Shown in pieces: positions 1 through 11,583 of a stretch of DNA of 64,000 nt. Each line of letters opens with the position of its first letter. Position 1 is the first letter of the stretch. Both the position numbers and the translations under genes were made by a program. Source of the DNA: Takakia lepidozioides (Eukaryota > Plantae > Bryophyta); NCBI GenBank assembly GCA_030704615.1, contig CM060731.1, positions 51,088,001 to 51,152,000 on the forward strand, written 5' to 3'. The notes under the pieces are model-generated. The model saw nothing but the letters and a program-made list of their open reading frames with translations, was not told where the DNA came from and did no database searches.

Positions 1-1620
1 ACCTACATGGACTAGGACTAGTCATCCTCATCCTTATCCTCAAGTGGAGGACTCAGAGCTATCCAATGAGCCTGATGACTCTGCGGCCTTTACCAGAGCA
101 CCTAACTAAGGTGGCGTTCCCCTAAGTCCCACAGAGCTCTCATCCAATCCCTGGCCATGACCCCCGACCTCATCCATACTAGTGCCCTGTAGTGCACTCA
201 TCCCCTCCGTGTTGGCCATGTTCTTCATGAGGGATTGCCAACCATGCTCCTTGGCATAGTTGTACTCTACCGGAGATGGCTTCCTCTCAAACGCGCGTTG
301 CTATACATGCCACAAATTAAAGTCAGTTCTTTGCGATGATGGAGCCAGAAAGAAGACATAAAAAAACCCATAGAGATGTACGACTTACAAATCGCAAGAT
401 AAAACCATTGGATCCACCAGCGCCTCACTTGTGTGTGGATTCGTGCTTGTCAAGACGGACTGTTGTTGCTTCGCGTGCCCGGTCAAATTTGGCCTTGTTT
501 GCGGCATCAGTCTCTCCCGCAATGAGTGCATCCCACGATACCTATGCACCCCCCCTCCCAACAATTAGTGAATTACACACATACGTTGCATCGAATCCAC
601 CTCATTAATGTACATGCGACAAATGGAAGGTGACATGATTCAGGATTTGCCAACCTGTGTAATTCCATAAGGTGGTTTGGATATGGCCCCCTTTTCCATT
701 GCCCTCCGAATGATCTGTCTGGCACGGTACCTCCTGTCCTTCAAGTTTCGCCCCACCATCTCCATCACCCTTGTGTCACTCCAATTGCCCGGAAACCGGC
801 GGTCTAACTCACGGGCATACGCCCGCTTCGCGCCAAAGTGCTGATCAGCCCACTCGATGTGCAAAGGGAACCACCTCATTGCGAGTTCGAAGGCTGGTTT
901 CTTCATAGCCTCCCAGAACGCACCGCAGGGGTCACCATGGCGATTCACCTCCACCGGTGGCACCACGATCTTTGCCAACTCCACGTCCTTTATCGCCAAG
1001 GGCATGTTCTTCTTCCCACCCTCTCCTTCTTCGTAGCCTCCTTCCCTTGCTCCTTTGTTACCCCACTGCCCTCCCCCGCATGCACACTCACCCCTTCCTC
1101 TCCATGGGACTTCTTCTTCTTCTTCTTCTTCTTTTCCTTCCCCTTCCCCGCTACTTCCTCTCTCTCCTTCTCCCTCTCCCTTCTCTCTCTCTCCTCGGCA
1201 GCCCCTTCATTGATGGTAAAAGGGATCTCGGGAGGTCGAGGCCTCTTCTTCTTACCTTTGGTGTTCGGGTCCTTCATGACCACTACGTGCTCTCCCTCAT
1301 TGGCAACCCCACTGGATTGCACCAATGAGGCCAGCCATGTTATGGCCTCCTGAAGACAAATAACCCCTCCAAATTCAAAAAAAGAAACAAACAACAAAGA
1401 AAATCATGCATGCAAAGGAAAGGATAAAACATTGAACAAGGTGCGACAGTTGTACCTTTGCAAGTTTGTCCGACTCGCCCCCGGTGTCATCCGATGTGGC
1501 AGGAGTCCCCGTTGCCGGATGTGCCCACTCTATCCCCTCCCGGAGCGCCACTGGAAGTAGATTCCAGATGTGGAGCATAGCCGGCGGCGGCGCCCCATAG
1601 TCCAGGCCCTTCTTTGCTGA
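1..1620 (-). pseudogene. CACTA TnpA-like (Transposase_24/PTTA-like) spliced pseudogene fragment, runs off the left edge
   Basis: ORF 640-1005 (PPVEVNRHGDPCGAFW...NLKDRRYRARQ...KPPYGIT) resembles the TnpA-like exon at 13400-13800. The next exon (~390-540) reads VSWDALIA...HK*GAGG, and there is a Lys/Glu-rich N-terminal part (990-1397). Internal stops are present. Confidence 0.55.
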
Positions 1621-1649
1621 CCGGCCTCATTAGGAAACAACCTCTACAT

Positions 1650-2270
1650 TCCATCTATACCAGATGGACTCTAAACAGTGTTTTCACCAGCCTTATAAAG
1701 GTTTTCTATCCGTACCGGAAGAATCACCTGGGTGGACACTAAAATACCTCTAAAAAATGCCTATAATTTTTCATTGCTCTTTTATTGACTTTCATCTATA
1801 CCAGATGAGTCACCAGAGAATGAGGAATTACCTCCGTAGGGGTTGTGACACTGGCATCTTATCTATAATTTTTCCATCCATACCGGATGAAAAATACCAG
1901 GATAATAATTCATGTTATTCCTCCTTTATGCTTTTTTTCCGTACTGGATGAAGCTTTTTTTAAGGGGATGGTGAATTACCTGCTAGGATGAGAAACCGAT
2001 GCCTTGGATGACATGTACTGTTTTTCCATCCTACTGATGGACCTTCTCCAACTTGATGAACTTATTACCTTTTTTCATCTAAACCAGATGAAAAATGCAG
2101 CTTATGATGACCCTGGAGAATTGTTTAATTACCCTTAATTATGGCTAATTAAGAAGTAAAACCCTAACCCCTACCCTATAACCTACGGTTTAAACCTAGC
2201 TAACGGATGACATCCGTCGGGTTTTTGAGTTAAAGGGTGTTGATTATTCATCCCCCACGGATGAAAAATC
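1650..2270. repeat. Array of about 8 imperfect palindromic motifs TTTT(C)CATC-N4-7-GATG(AAAA)
   Basis: Copies near 1651, 1790, 1870, 2020, 2070 and 2247. The same motif occurs at ~30393 and ~56724. Confidence 0.65.
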
Positions 2271-4270
2271 GGGCGTTGCCCTAGGGTGTCTCTCCCGCCG
2301 TCAGCTGCACTCCTCGTGCTGCTGTGCTCGCGGGCTGAGAAGTTATGGCGTCTGAGCTCTGCTGCTACCCTGTCTGCTACTTCGTGTCCATGTCGGACGA
2401 GCTCCTGGGGATGCGCAATGGCGGCGTCTTGTCTCTTCTCACAGGCGGGAGACCCCGCTGTGATGGCATCATCTCTTTCCCTCCTCTGGCTTTTATGTTT
2501 CGCAGCGGCGCTTGGGTGGGGAAGTATATATCTCTCTCTCCCTTCTTAAACCTAGCATTTGTATGCTTCGCTTCTCCTTAGCTGTGCTGGAGGTGGCTTG
2601 TTGGTGGCGATGGCGCAGAGTTACCTTCCCCAATCGCTCAAGGTGCTTTGGGTGATTAGGGTCCCTTTTACTTCATGTTTTTCTCTCTTGCTTTTGGGGT
2701 TCTTAGTTGACATCGATGACAAGTGTAGGGGTCTATGATTCACCTAGGGTTCCACAATCCTCACTAACCCATTGGTTTTTGTGGGGGCTTGTGATGGGAC
2801 CAGGTGAGGATCCCTACTTGCTTTGAATTCTCTCGAGCTTGCAGACAGCAAAAGAAACATATTGTTGCTGCCTACAGCCCCGATTTCGGCCCGCTTGCTC
2901 CCGGTTTGACATGAGGACACTTGCTTTTGACTTATGTTTTGATGCTGCTGATGGAGCATCTCGGCCTGGCAGCCTTGTCTCGTGCAGCACAACATGTGAA
3001 TCCTACCCTGTCTTGAATCTTTGACAGCTTTGCCTGTGGATTTTTAGACTAGGTCTTTTATTGGCCTTAAAAGAGGATTGATGATGTAAGGATAAAGGCA
3101 TCAGTGGCTATTAGGTTCTAAGGATGAGGAGGTCTGGTTTTTGTAAAAGAAGACAGCCTGATAAGGCAATGACAGGCCGTTTTCAGACCTGGATTTGTTG
3201 TGGAATGGAGCATAGTGAGGTGTTATTTGCAAAACATGGCATTAGCCTCATGTGAAACAGTGATGGTAAGCTCTAAAGGACTCTGGCCAGTGATTAGTTA
3301 CTTTATTTTTCCATATGAACATCCACCTACATTGTATGATTTATCTTGGCCAAGTGGGCTTGGTCTTGGGTACTCAAATTGTATGTGTGTCCATATCTGG
3401 GTGCTGTGACAGGGCAGACTTTTCTTCCATGCCAAAATGCCTTACATGATGCATATCTTGGGGCAACTGTACATGATGTAGAATGAAGTCGCAGTCAGTC
3501 TTGTCATGCCCAAAGTGATCACTTGGTTGCATGTTTGGAGTCTAATTTACTGCAGGCTGGGCGCAAATGTCTTGTGTACACAGGTCCTGAATCTGTACAA
3601 TGACAGGCTGTTCTTACCTACCCAAAAGGCCTTGCACGATGCAAGCTTTGGGTGCTTACATTTGGCCAAATGTGAAGCTACAACATGGCTTGCCATGCCC
3701 AAGAAGTTTACTTGGTGTCATGCCCGAAATGTAATTAATTACAGGCTGGTCCTTCCAGTTGATTGTGTGAACATTCCCTGAATGTGTTGTAGGGCAGGCT
3801 GTTCTTACCTACCTTGCATAATGCTTGTCTTGGATCACCTCAAGGTACTTGTATATACATATCTTGGATCTATAATGTGACAAGAAGTTGCAGGCTGGTC
3901 CTTCAAGGTGCTTGTATGAACATACCTTGAATCTGTAGCAGGGCAGGCTGTTCTTACCTACCCAAGGAGCCTTGCATGGTGCATGTCTTGGGTTACTTAC
4001 AGGAATTTGAACATGCTGCAGCAATCTGATTTTTCAGTACACAAGATGTTTGCTTATATGCTTGTCTTGTTGTCATGACCTGTACATAAACAAACCCCAC
4101 CCTCCCACCTTGTTTTATCATGAATGATTAGGGTGAAAATCAACTGGGAAGTCATGACAAGAATGGAAGTGTTAGATGGTGGCCTGTTTATGGGCTGTTT
4201 ATGTCTTTAATTGACAATGACCCTAGTGGGTCTTGTCCATGTCTTGACATGACATGAGTATCTTCCCTCT
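2250..4270 (+). repeat. Copy 1 of an unclassified ~2.1-kb dispersed repeat, with an internal ~150-190-bp degenerate tandem array (3410-4020)
   Basis: Colinear with the reverse complement of 28363-30410. The last ~65 bp are almost identical. The unit (gg)caggctgttcttaccta recurs at ~3411 (degenerate), 3604, 3792 and 3941. Confidence 0.75.
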
Positions 4271-4336
4271 TTTTTTTGCTGCTCACAAAAATAAACAAAC
4301 CACAAAGGAGAGAGGGTGCAGAAAAAGTTAAAAAGA

Positions 4337-4833
4337 TTGTACTCATAAGACGTTGTTTGCCGTAGCCTTGTGGCCATTGACCCCGCGCCCAGTTTGAGCG
4401 GAAACAAAAGGGACAGAATCTGCCTCTGTTAGGGGCTGACGTTGGACTTACCTTCATATATAGAATTTATCTGGGTTTTCCAGATATCCTCTACAAATCC
4501 CTTCACACAAGCATCAATTTGTTGTGTGTGATTTGCCCAATAACTAGGCCTCAGGAGGGCCTGGGCTTTTGGCTCAGCCTTGAGACTTTCAAAGTTGGTA
4601 AACAGAGGTACATGCACAATTCCATTGTTAGATTTGAAGAGAGCATCTCTTTGGTGAGAGAACCCCGGACAGTGTATCAGAAAATGAGTACTATCTTCAG
4701 ATTGCCCACACAACGGGCAATTGCACTCTCCCTTTCCTCTCTGCTTCTGTTTGCTGTTCAAAGGTAGGCTTCCTGCCCTGAGTTTAAATTTTAGTCTAGT
4801 GCCGAGAGTGGGTAGACCCTTGAGGTCATCCAA
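4337..4833 (-). mobile_element. 3' end of a non-LTR retrotransposon (RTEX/L2-like ORF2 C-terminus with CCHC finger, plus 3' UTR), interrupted by the CACTA
   Basis: ORF 4429-4836 TRLKFKLRAGSLPL...CPLCGQSEDSTHFLIHCP. It joins in frame to 17306-17520 when the CACTA and one CAA are removed. Confidence 0.75.
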
Positions 4834-7460
4834 CACTACAAGAGATGAGCGTTTTTAGGACTACGGGTTTGGCGGAGTCATAAAAACTGCACTAGGTACA
4901 TGACTACAGAGCGCTGAAATGCATTACAGTTTTAGTTTTATGACTTTGTAGTAATGGATATCACTACATGACTCCAGAAAGTTAGGGAGCATTGGTCAAA
5001 CATTGTTGACCATGATGACAGGGATGGTTTATATGACTAGTGTGATATGTTTGACTACACGTGGACGACGTTTCATGGAATCTTATGACTCCATGACTGA
5101 AGATGGTTTTAGAGCTCTATTTATACGACTACATCACTACACGTGTCATTTTGAAGGCACATATAATGCAAATGAGGTTGCCCATTAGGTTTAAAAAAGT
5201 TAAAATTTTTGCTAATAAGGTTGCCCATTAGTGTAATCGTGAACAGAAAGGAGGGCTGGGACTTGGCGTCTTTTTGTCTCCTGCGCCACACCACATAGCT
5301 GAGGGATGGAACGCGATGATAGCAGGATATGCAGGGGCGTGAGATGGAGGCGTTGAGCAAATGATGCACGAAGGAGGAGAGGAGGAGGAGACGAGACGAG
5401 ACGAGGACAAGCGAGCTCGCCGTTCTTGGGACAGACAGCTTGGTCTTAGCAAGCGTGTTTCAATCTCTGACTACTCATCTACGCCGTAGTGGTTCGATCT
5501 GACAGACCAATCCGACATTACCTGACTACAGACATAAGCAGCACACACAAGAGGTCATCGGTCAAATCCTCCATGGGTCAGGACAGGTCAAGGACAATGT
5601 GGTAGGGCACCTTCTTCTTCAACCTATTTCAGCCTGTGTTGCCCTCTCATCAGACTCGGCCGCAAGATGCATATTGAATTCTGTAAGTCGTTGGGTACAT
5701 CTATGGTGGTTTGGAGTGACTTTGGCAAGTTACTTTGGCAGCAGGGAAGTATCCAAAAACATATAATAGAGGTGAGGAGAAGTGGTGGGGTGAACACTTT
5801 CCGACCCCAATGGTGGGACAATGGAGACAAAAAGGCGAATGCCTGTTGGACTACAGAGAGAAGCAGATCCATTTCAGATTGTGATAAGTAGGGGTTGGGG
5901 TGTTTTGGGGAAAACTCCACACCAGTATGGTTGGGGTGTTTGCTGGTAGAATTGTAGGCTGTCAGAGGCATGGATAGCTGAAGGAGCAGGGATAGAGTGT
6001 GGGTCCACATTCATCCAAGAGGGCTGGATTTCAAGCTCCACATTACCTATGATTCCCTGTGGAAGGATAGGTACAAGAAACCTACATGGGTAGATGGTCA
6101 ACTGGAAGCGACATGTTGTACTATATGTCATTACTGTACTATATGTCATTCCAGAGACTGTCATTGTTGGTCCATGTGTTTTACAACAATGCTATCAATA
6201 TAAGACTCCTGGTTCGCATTGGAAGCTCAATCCCTGCAAGTTCATTGTGTGTGAAGCTCAAACTTGCGATTTGAAGGATCTTGTAGCCAAGTTCATTCAA
6301 CCGGAAAGGAGAAATTCTGAAAGCTCCCAAATTTGATGTGGGCAAGCTTATGGAGGTAAGACTTAGCGTCCCTCCTCTAATGTAAGTGTTGGATAAGTTT
6401 CATTTAGTGTCGACCTTCACTGCATATATTGGCTCTTTTCTTGGCTGGTTTCATATTTCTTGGCTGGTATGCTGTTGGTTGGCTTCTTTCATTCACGTGT
6501 GTAGTGGAAGGGGAGAAGTACTTTCCTAAGTTCTGCTGCAACAATGTCTTTTTCCAACCTAGATGTTTTCGATGGATACAAATTGAAGTGTTTTGAATGT
6601 TGCTACAATACTATAATAAAGTGGAGGGTGCTGAATGCAGTTGGCTTTGCTTCGTGCAGGCATAATCCAGGGAAATGTGGACATAGCTGAAACCCCATGA
6701 TAGCATTTCCAGAGGACGGTGTGGATGGCCTCACAATCCAACATGCAAAATCCATGACAATGGGAGCTGGCTGAATGGGCAAACAGGTTAAGTGGCGAAC
6801 AAGCCACGTCACTGGTACATAGTTGCATGCTTACATAGTACATGAAAGCGTACTATATGTCATTCCCGAAATTGACCATGTTGGTCCATGTATTTTACAA
6901 CAATGCTATCAATAAAAGACCAATGGTTCGCATTGGAAACTCTATCCCCGTAAGTGGCTTGTGCGTGATGCTCAAACTTGTGATTTGAAGGATCTTATAC
7001 CCAGTTCATTGCAGAGGTCATTGGAAAAGACATTGAGAAGGCAACAGCCGTTATCTATAATCTACAGATCCCCTTCAATTTCATGTGGGAAAGCCGGCTG
7101 GCTGGAGGTCTAGTCTCACTTTCACTCATCTAATGTCAGTGTTGTATCCATTGCAATGTGGAGATGTTTGAAACAACATTGGAGCATTTCCAGAGGATGG
7201 TTTGGATGGCCTTTCGTGGCATGTGCCGAATCCATGGCAAAAAAACATTGCAAGCAGAACCCATGGCAATGGTACCAGCACGGGTTGGTCCAAAGCCAAT
7301 TGCAACAACAAATGAATAAAGGGTGCTGAAAGGAAAGCACTCCATAATTGATCATAAAATCCAGTGTCCAAGCATGATATCTTAATGGGAATGCGAAGGG
7401 AGTGTTACACCTTAAACTATCATGCATGGTCTATAACTGGAGTGCACAAATCGCGCATAT

Positions 7461-10400
7461 CTAATCTTCATCATCCTCATCTATGTCTGGGTCACTACAT
7501 GTATCATTGTCTTCATCACAGACTTCAACTTCTCCAAGGGTTGGCTGAACATCATCACCACGTATACGGGGTGCTCGGAGGTACAAGGAGGCCACCTGCT
7601 CTGGAGTAACCGGTACCGCTCGGCTGCATGTTGGGCCATCAGTAACCACAGTCTCCTCTAGTCTTTGTGGGGCTAACAATCCTTCCACTTCCGCCACATC
7701 ATCATTATCAATTGATATGTCGCAGACCACTCTACGTGCTCGGGGGCTCTTTTCCAGGACGACTTTCACCCCGGCTCCTTCACACCAATCAGAAAAAAAA
7801 CACTTGATCAACCTGGCCAGGAAACACAAAAGGTTGCTCAGAAGGTGGAAGCATACGGTTAAAATTGACAAGTGTGAAGCCAGCGTCATCCTGCTTCATT
7901 GACATAGGTTGACGACCCACGCGACTCGCCCGTACCCACGAACACAAAAACACTATAGGCTGTGTTGGCCATAGTCAATTTGCAAAATCTCCCTTATAAG
8001 ACCCACATATCTTGTAGGTTCCTCCATGTCATTGCCTGAATTGTTGGTAATGGGCTGGTGCTGGAAAACAGATGAGACTCCACAATCAAAAGACACCATA
8101 CTTGTTGTGTTCATGCGGGGGATGTAACCCTGTAAGGTTACCATACGCTGTCATACTCTTGAATGACAGGGTAGTAAATGATGGAGGTTGAAAGATCCAG
8201 TAATTCCTCATGTGTTGTAGGATCAAGCCCATCTGATTGAATTGAGAGATGATCCCGTACACCTTGAGGGAGCCAACAACACAATGGAGGACAAGGATGC
8301 AAATCAGGAGGGTACTGAATTGCAGTGGATTGCTCATGCCTTCCAGCCCTTGCTCCTCACGAAACAAGCGTCGTCTGGCTTCTATCCGTGTGGACTCTGC
8401 TTCATATATCCTGTCACAATCCGAGGGTCAGCCAGGAGATTGACAGAGGTGGCGTGGGAGACTTGAAAAGACGTCATATGCCAACTAATGATAAATGATT
8501 AAAACTTGGAAATCTGAATGTCAATGAAGTAGATTTCTTACCCCAACATGACTGATAGACGAGGATGGTTCTGAATGATGTACTCATGTACAATATCATA
8601 CAGGTCATTCAATTTCGGGCTTTAGAACTTCCTTCCACAACTTCACGTTCCACAGATTCTGCCTCATCTGCATCCCACACCCTTCGTACACTCCATCAAT
8701 CCTGCCATATACTCTGTGCAAAAACCAATGCTTCTTCAAATTGGTATCCTTCTGCCATGCTCCCCTCGGCCTTGCCATGTTTCTTACGTAGCCCTTCATA
8801 TCTTTCGTTGCCCGCTCCATGGGGTACATCCAACGAGATGTTAAGGGCCCGCATAAAGTACAACTCATCCACTAGGTGAACAACCAGATGTGTCATCACA
8901 TCAAAAAAATGATGGTGGGAACTCCTTCTCTATAAGACACAGAGTGAGAACTGCTTCAGTTCTCAATTCTTCATACTCTACAGGATTCACCACTTTTGCA
9001 CACAACTTCTAAAATACACGACATACTCGCAAAATGGCCCTTCGAGGACCCTTGGCATGAGCCCACGGATAGCAAGCGGTATAATTTGCTGCATGAGCAC
9101 ATGATAGTCATTGATTTCATGCCTGACAACTTCTTCTTCACCACATGCTTTTTGAAAGCTGATGCGTAGCCTGTTGGCACTTTCAAGTTCTGCACAATCT
9201 CAGAAAGACTTGTAACTCAGCCTCAGTGGGACATAAGGGGCAGGAGGCATAATTAACGTATCTGCTCTGTCAAGATCACGTTGTAGCCACAATTCCGGGC
9301 GCATCCCAAGTAGCTCCAAATCACGGCGAACTTCAATGTGTCTTTCTCACCAAAGCTATAGTTAATAATATTTTAAGCAAAGTTTTCTCGCCCAATGCAT
9401 TGCGTCAAACGTGTGGCGGATGAGGAGACCCTACAAAATGAACACATAAGCAATTGAGCATTTACTCATCACAATTTAAACAGAAAACGCAAAAATGTAC
9501 ACAGCCAATTTAAAGGCCATGAAGGAATTACCTCCCAATAAGGTAAGACATATAAAATTGACAATCGCTTAACTCCATGAGTTTTTGCTGGGTCTGTCCT
9601 GCTATCTGGCGTCCCTCCGTTTTTCCACCCATGCAGTGCGAGCTGTTGCAAGGTCCTTGATTTGTGTTTCCAGTCTGCGTTTTTGGAGGAGTTCCATGCT
9701 CAGTAGCGCCATTGAACATTCTTGACCTTCTATATGGATGATTGCGGGCCAAAAATCTTCGGTGGCCTAGGAAAACAATTTTTCCACATGTGTGTAACTG
9801 CTGTGAAGTCACCCCGGGTCCACAAGCTGGACAACCAGCATAACCTTTCGTCACTTGACCTGAGAGCAAGCCATATGCAGGGTAGTCATGGATTGACCAC
9901 ATCAACACTGCCCTCAGTGTGAATTCGCGTTGACCACGAGGACGGGAAACATCATGAGCTGCAATCCCTCTCCATAGTTCCAATAGCTCTTCCACTAGGG
10001 GCATCAGGTAAACATCTACGTTGTCCGAGGTAACAGACTCCTTACCAGGAATCAGTAGCGCTAACATGACAAAGAACTTTTTGGTCATTAACCACGGAGG
10101 CAGATTGTAATTGACCAAGAGAACGGGCCATGTGCTCCAACTTGTGGATTGAGCTCCGTAGGGATTTACACCGTCTAAGGCCAATCCAAATCGCAGAGAT
10201 CGTGGCTCTGCAGCAAAATCCGCAAATGTGGTGTCAATGTGTCTCCATGCTTTGCTATCAGCTGGATGTCGAACCAACCCATCCTGGCTCTTATGTCTGT
10301 CGTGCCATGTCATGAGGTTAGCGATCGATTTACATCGGTACATACGTTTCAACCTTGGAATGACAGGGAAGTGTCGCAATACTTTCTTGGGCACACTTCC

Positions 10401-11458
10401 ACGACCTGGAATGTAACGGGAACTGCGGCACACTGGGCAAATGTCTACATTCTCATACTCCCCACGGAAGAGTACACAACCACGCTCACAGGCATGAATC
10501 ATCGTGTACTGCAATCCCATCTTGGCAATCATGGTTTTTGCTTCATAGTGAGTTTTCGGCAATGAATTCTCTTTAGGCAAAAAACTCTTACGCAACAATC
10601 CCAGAAGCTCATCCACAAATGCATTGGTGCACTTGTGGGTAGTGCATGCGTTCAGCAACGTCAAAGTTGCTTGCAGCCGGCTGATGGAGCACCCTTCAAA
10701 AAGTGGACATTGCGACGCTCGGAAGAGTTTATCATACTCGGGATCAACGTGCAGGTGAGCATTCTCATCAAATTCATTGTCTCCGGAATCGTCGAGATCA
10801 TCGTCATGATCGGCAAATGTGTGATCGGTTCCACCATGAATGGGGTCCTCTCTGTTTGCATCTGCAAAGAGAAACGCTTCCTGCAATGCACGCTGCATTT
10901 CTACCTCCAATCCACCACTCTCATCTGCGTTCTCTGTGACATTGGGCTCCCGCTGTGCCGCAGGGCCTTCGTCTTCATCATCTCTGAATATTCACATCCC
11001 TGCATCCCAATAGTCATCTTGTGAGTGGACCAACAACGATGTGACACTTGTTCATATTATTGGGACCAATGAAAACACGACATGTGCATTAATTAAAGTG
11101 ATAACGGAAGTGGCGTAGTCATACTCACGTCTGTATCTTATGACTTCTTGACTACAATCACCCAACGAAATGTCGACATGTGGAGAAGAGGATCGTTGCA
11201 TTCAAAATTCAAACTAAAGTGCTGAAGGGAAAGTGACGATCTTACCGGAAGAGAACAGCGTTGGAGAAGAGGATCCCTCCCGTGTATCATGTAATGATTC
11301 CTCACTGTTTCCAACAAGAGTACTTTTCCTCCATGACACTCATCGCAGTTGCATAGCATTTTTGTATGCCCATTCCTTGTGGCATAAGCTTCTTCCATTC
11401 GCCATAGACGGTCATCTATTCTACGCCTACGCATCCGTTCGCCACCTGCACTGTACAT
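7461..11458 (-). pseudogene. CACTA TnpD-like transposase (transposase-associated Cys/His domain, Transposase_21, DUF4218/DUF4216-like), spliced and frameshifted
   Basis: MLCNCDECH...HYMIHG (11138-11458); IHACERGCVLF, RHPADSKAW, LALDGVNP, WPVLLVNYNLPP, IHDYPAYG, FLGHRRFL (9528-10910); MTHLVVHL and RWMYPMER (8600-8900); YVGLIREILQIDY (~7980-8010). Confidence 0.92.
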
Positions 11459-11583
11459 GCTTTGAACGTCACCCCTTCCCTCTTTGCATGCTACGCACAG
11501 TGCATTGTCTCTAGTTTTGCACCAGCTGCCAATGTGCTATTTCTATATCTATAGTATACTATAAGTATCGTTTCTGAGTGTCC
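11459..11583. promoter_or_regulatory. Putative compact bidirectional promoter between TnpD and TnpA
   Basis: About 125 bp separate the divergent start codons. The gap contains the perfect 14-bp palindrome TATAGTATACTATA (11550-11563). Confidence 0.45.

Noticed and set aside
838-1353. Plus-strand ORFs with poly-Phe/Leu/Ser
   Set aside because: They are antisense shadows of the Lys/Glu-rich minus-strand TnpA-like exon.
2157-2200. aaaccctaacccctaccctataacc, telomere-like
   Set aside because: Only one or two degenerate units; at most a telo-box, not an interstitial telomere array.
4224-4228. TAGTG as the right CACTA terminus for the TnpA-like gene at 1-1620
   Set aside because: Homology between the two repeat copies continues well beyond it, and no TIR partner or TSD is visible.
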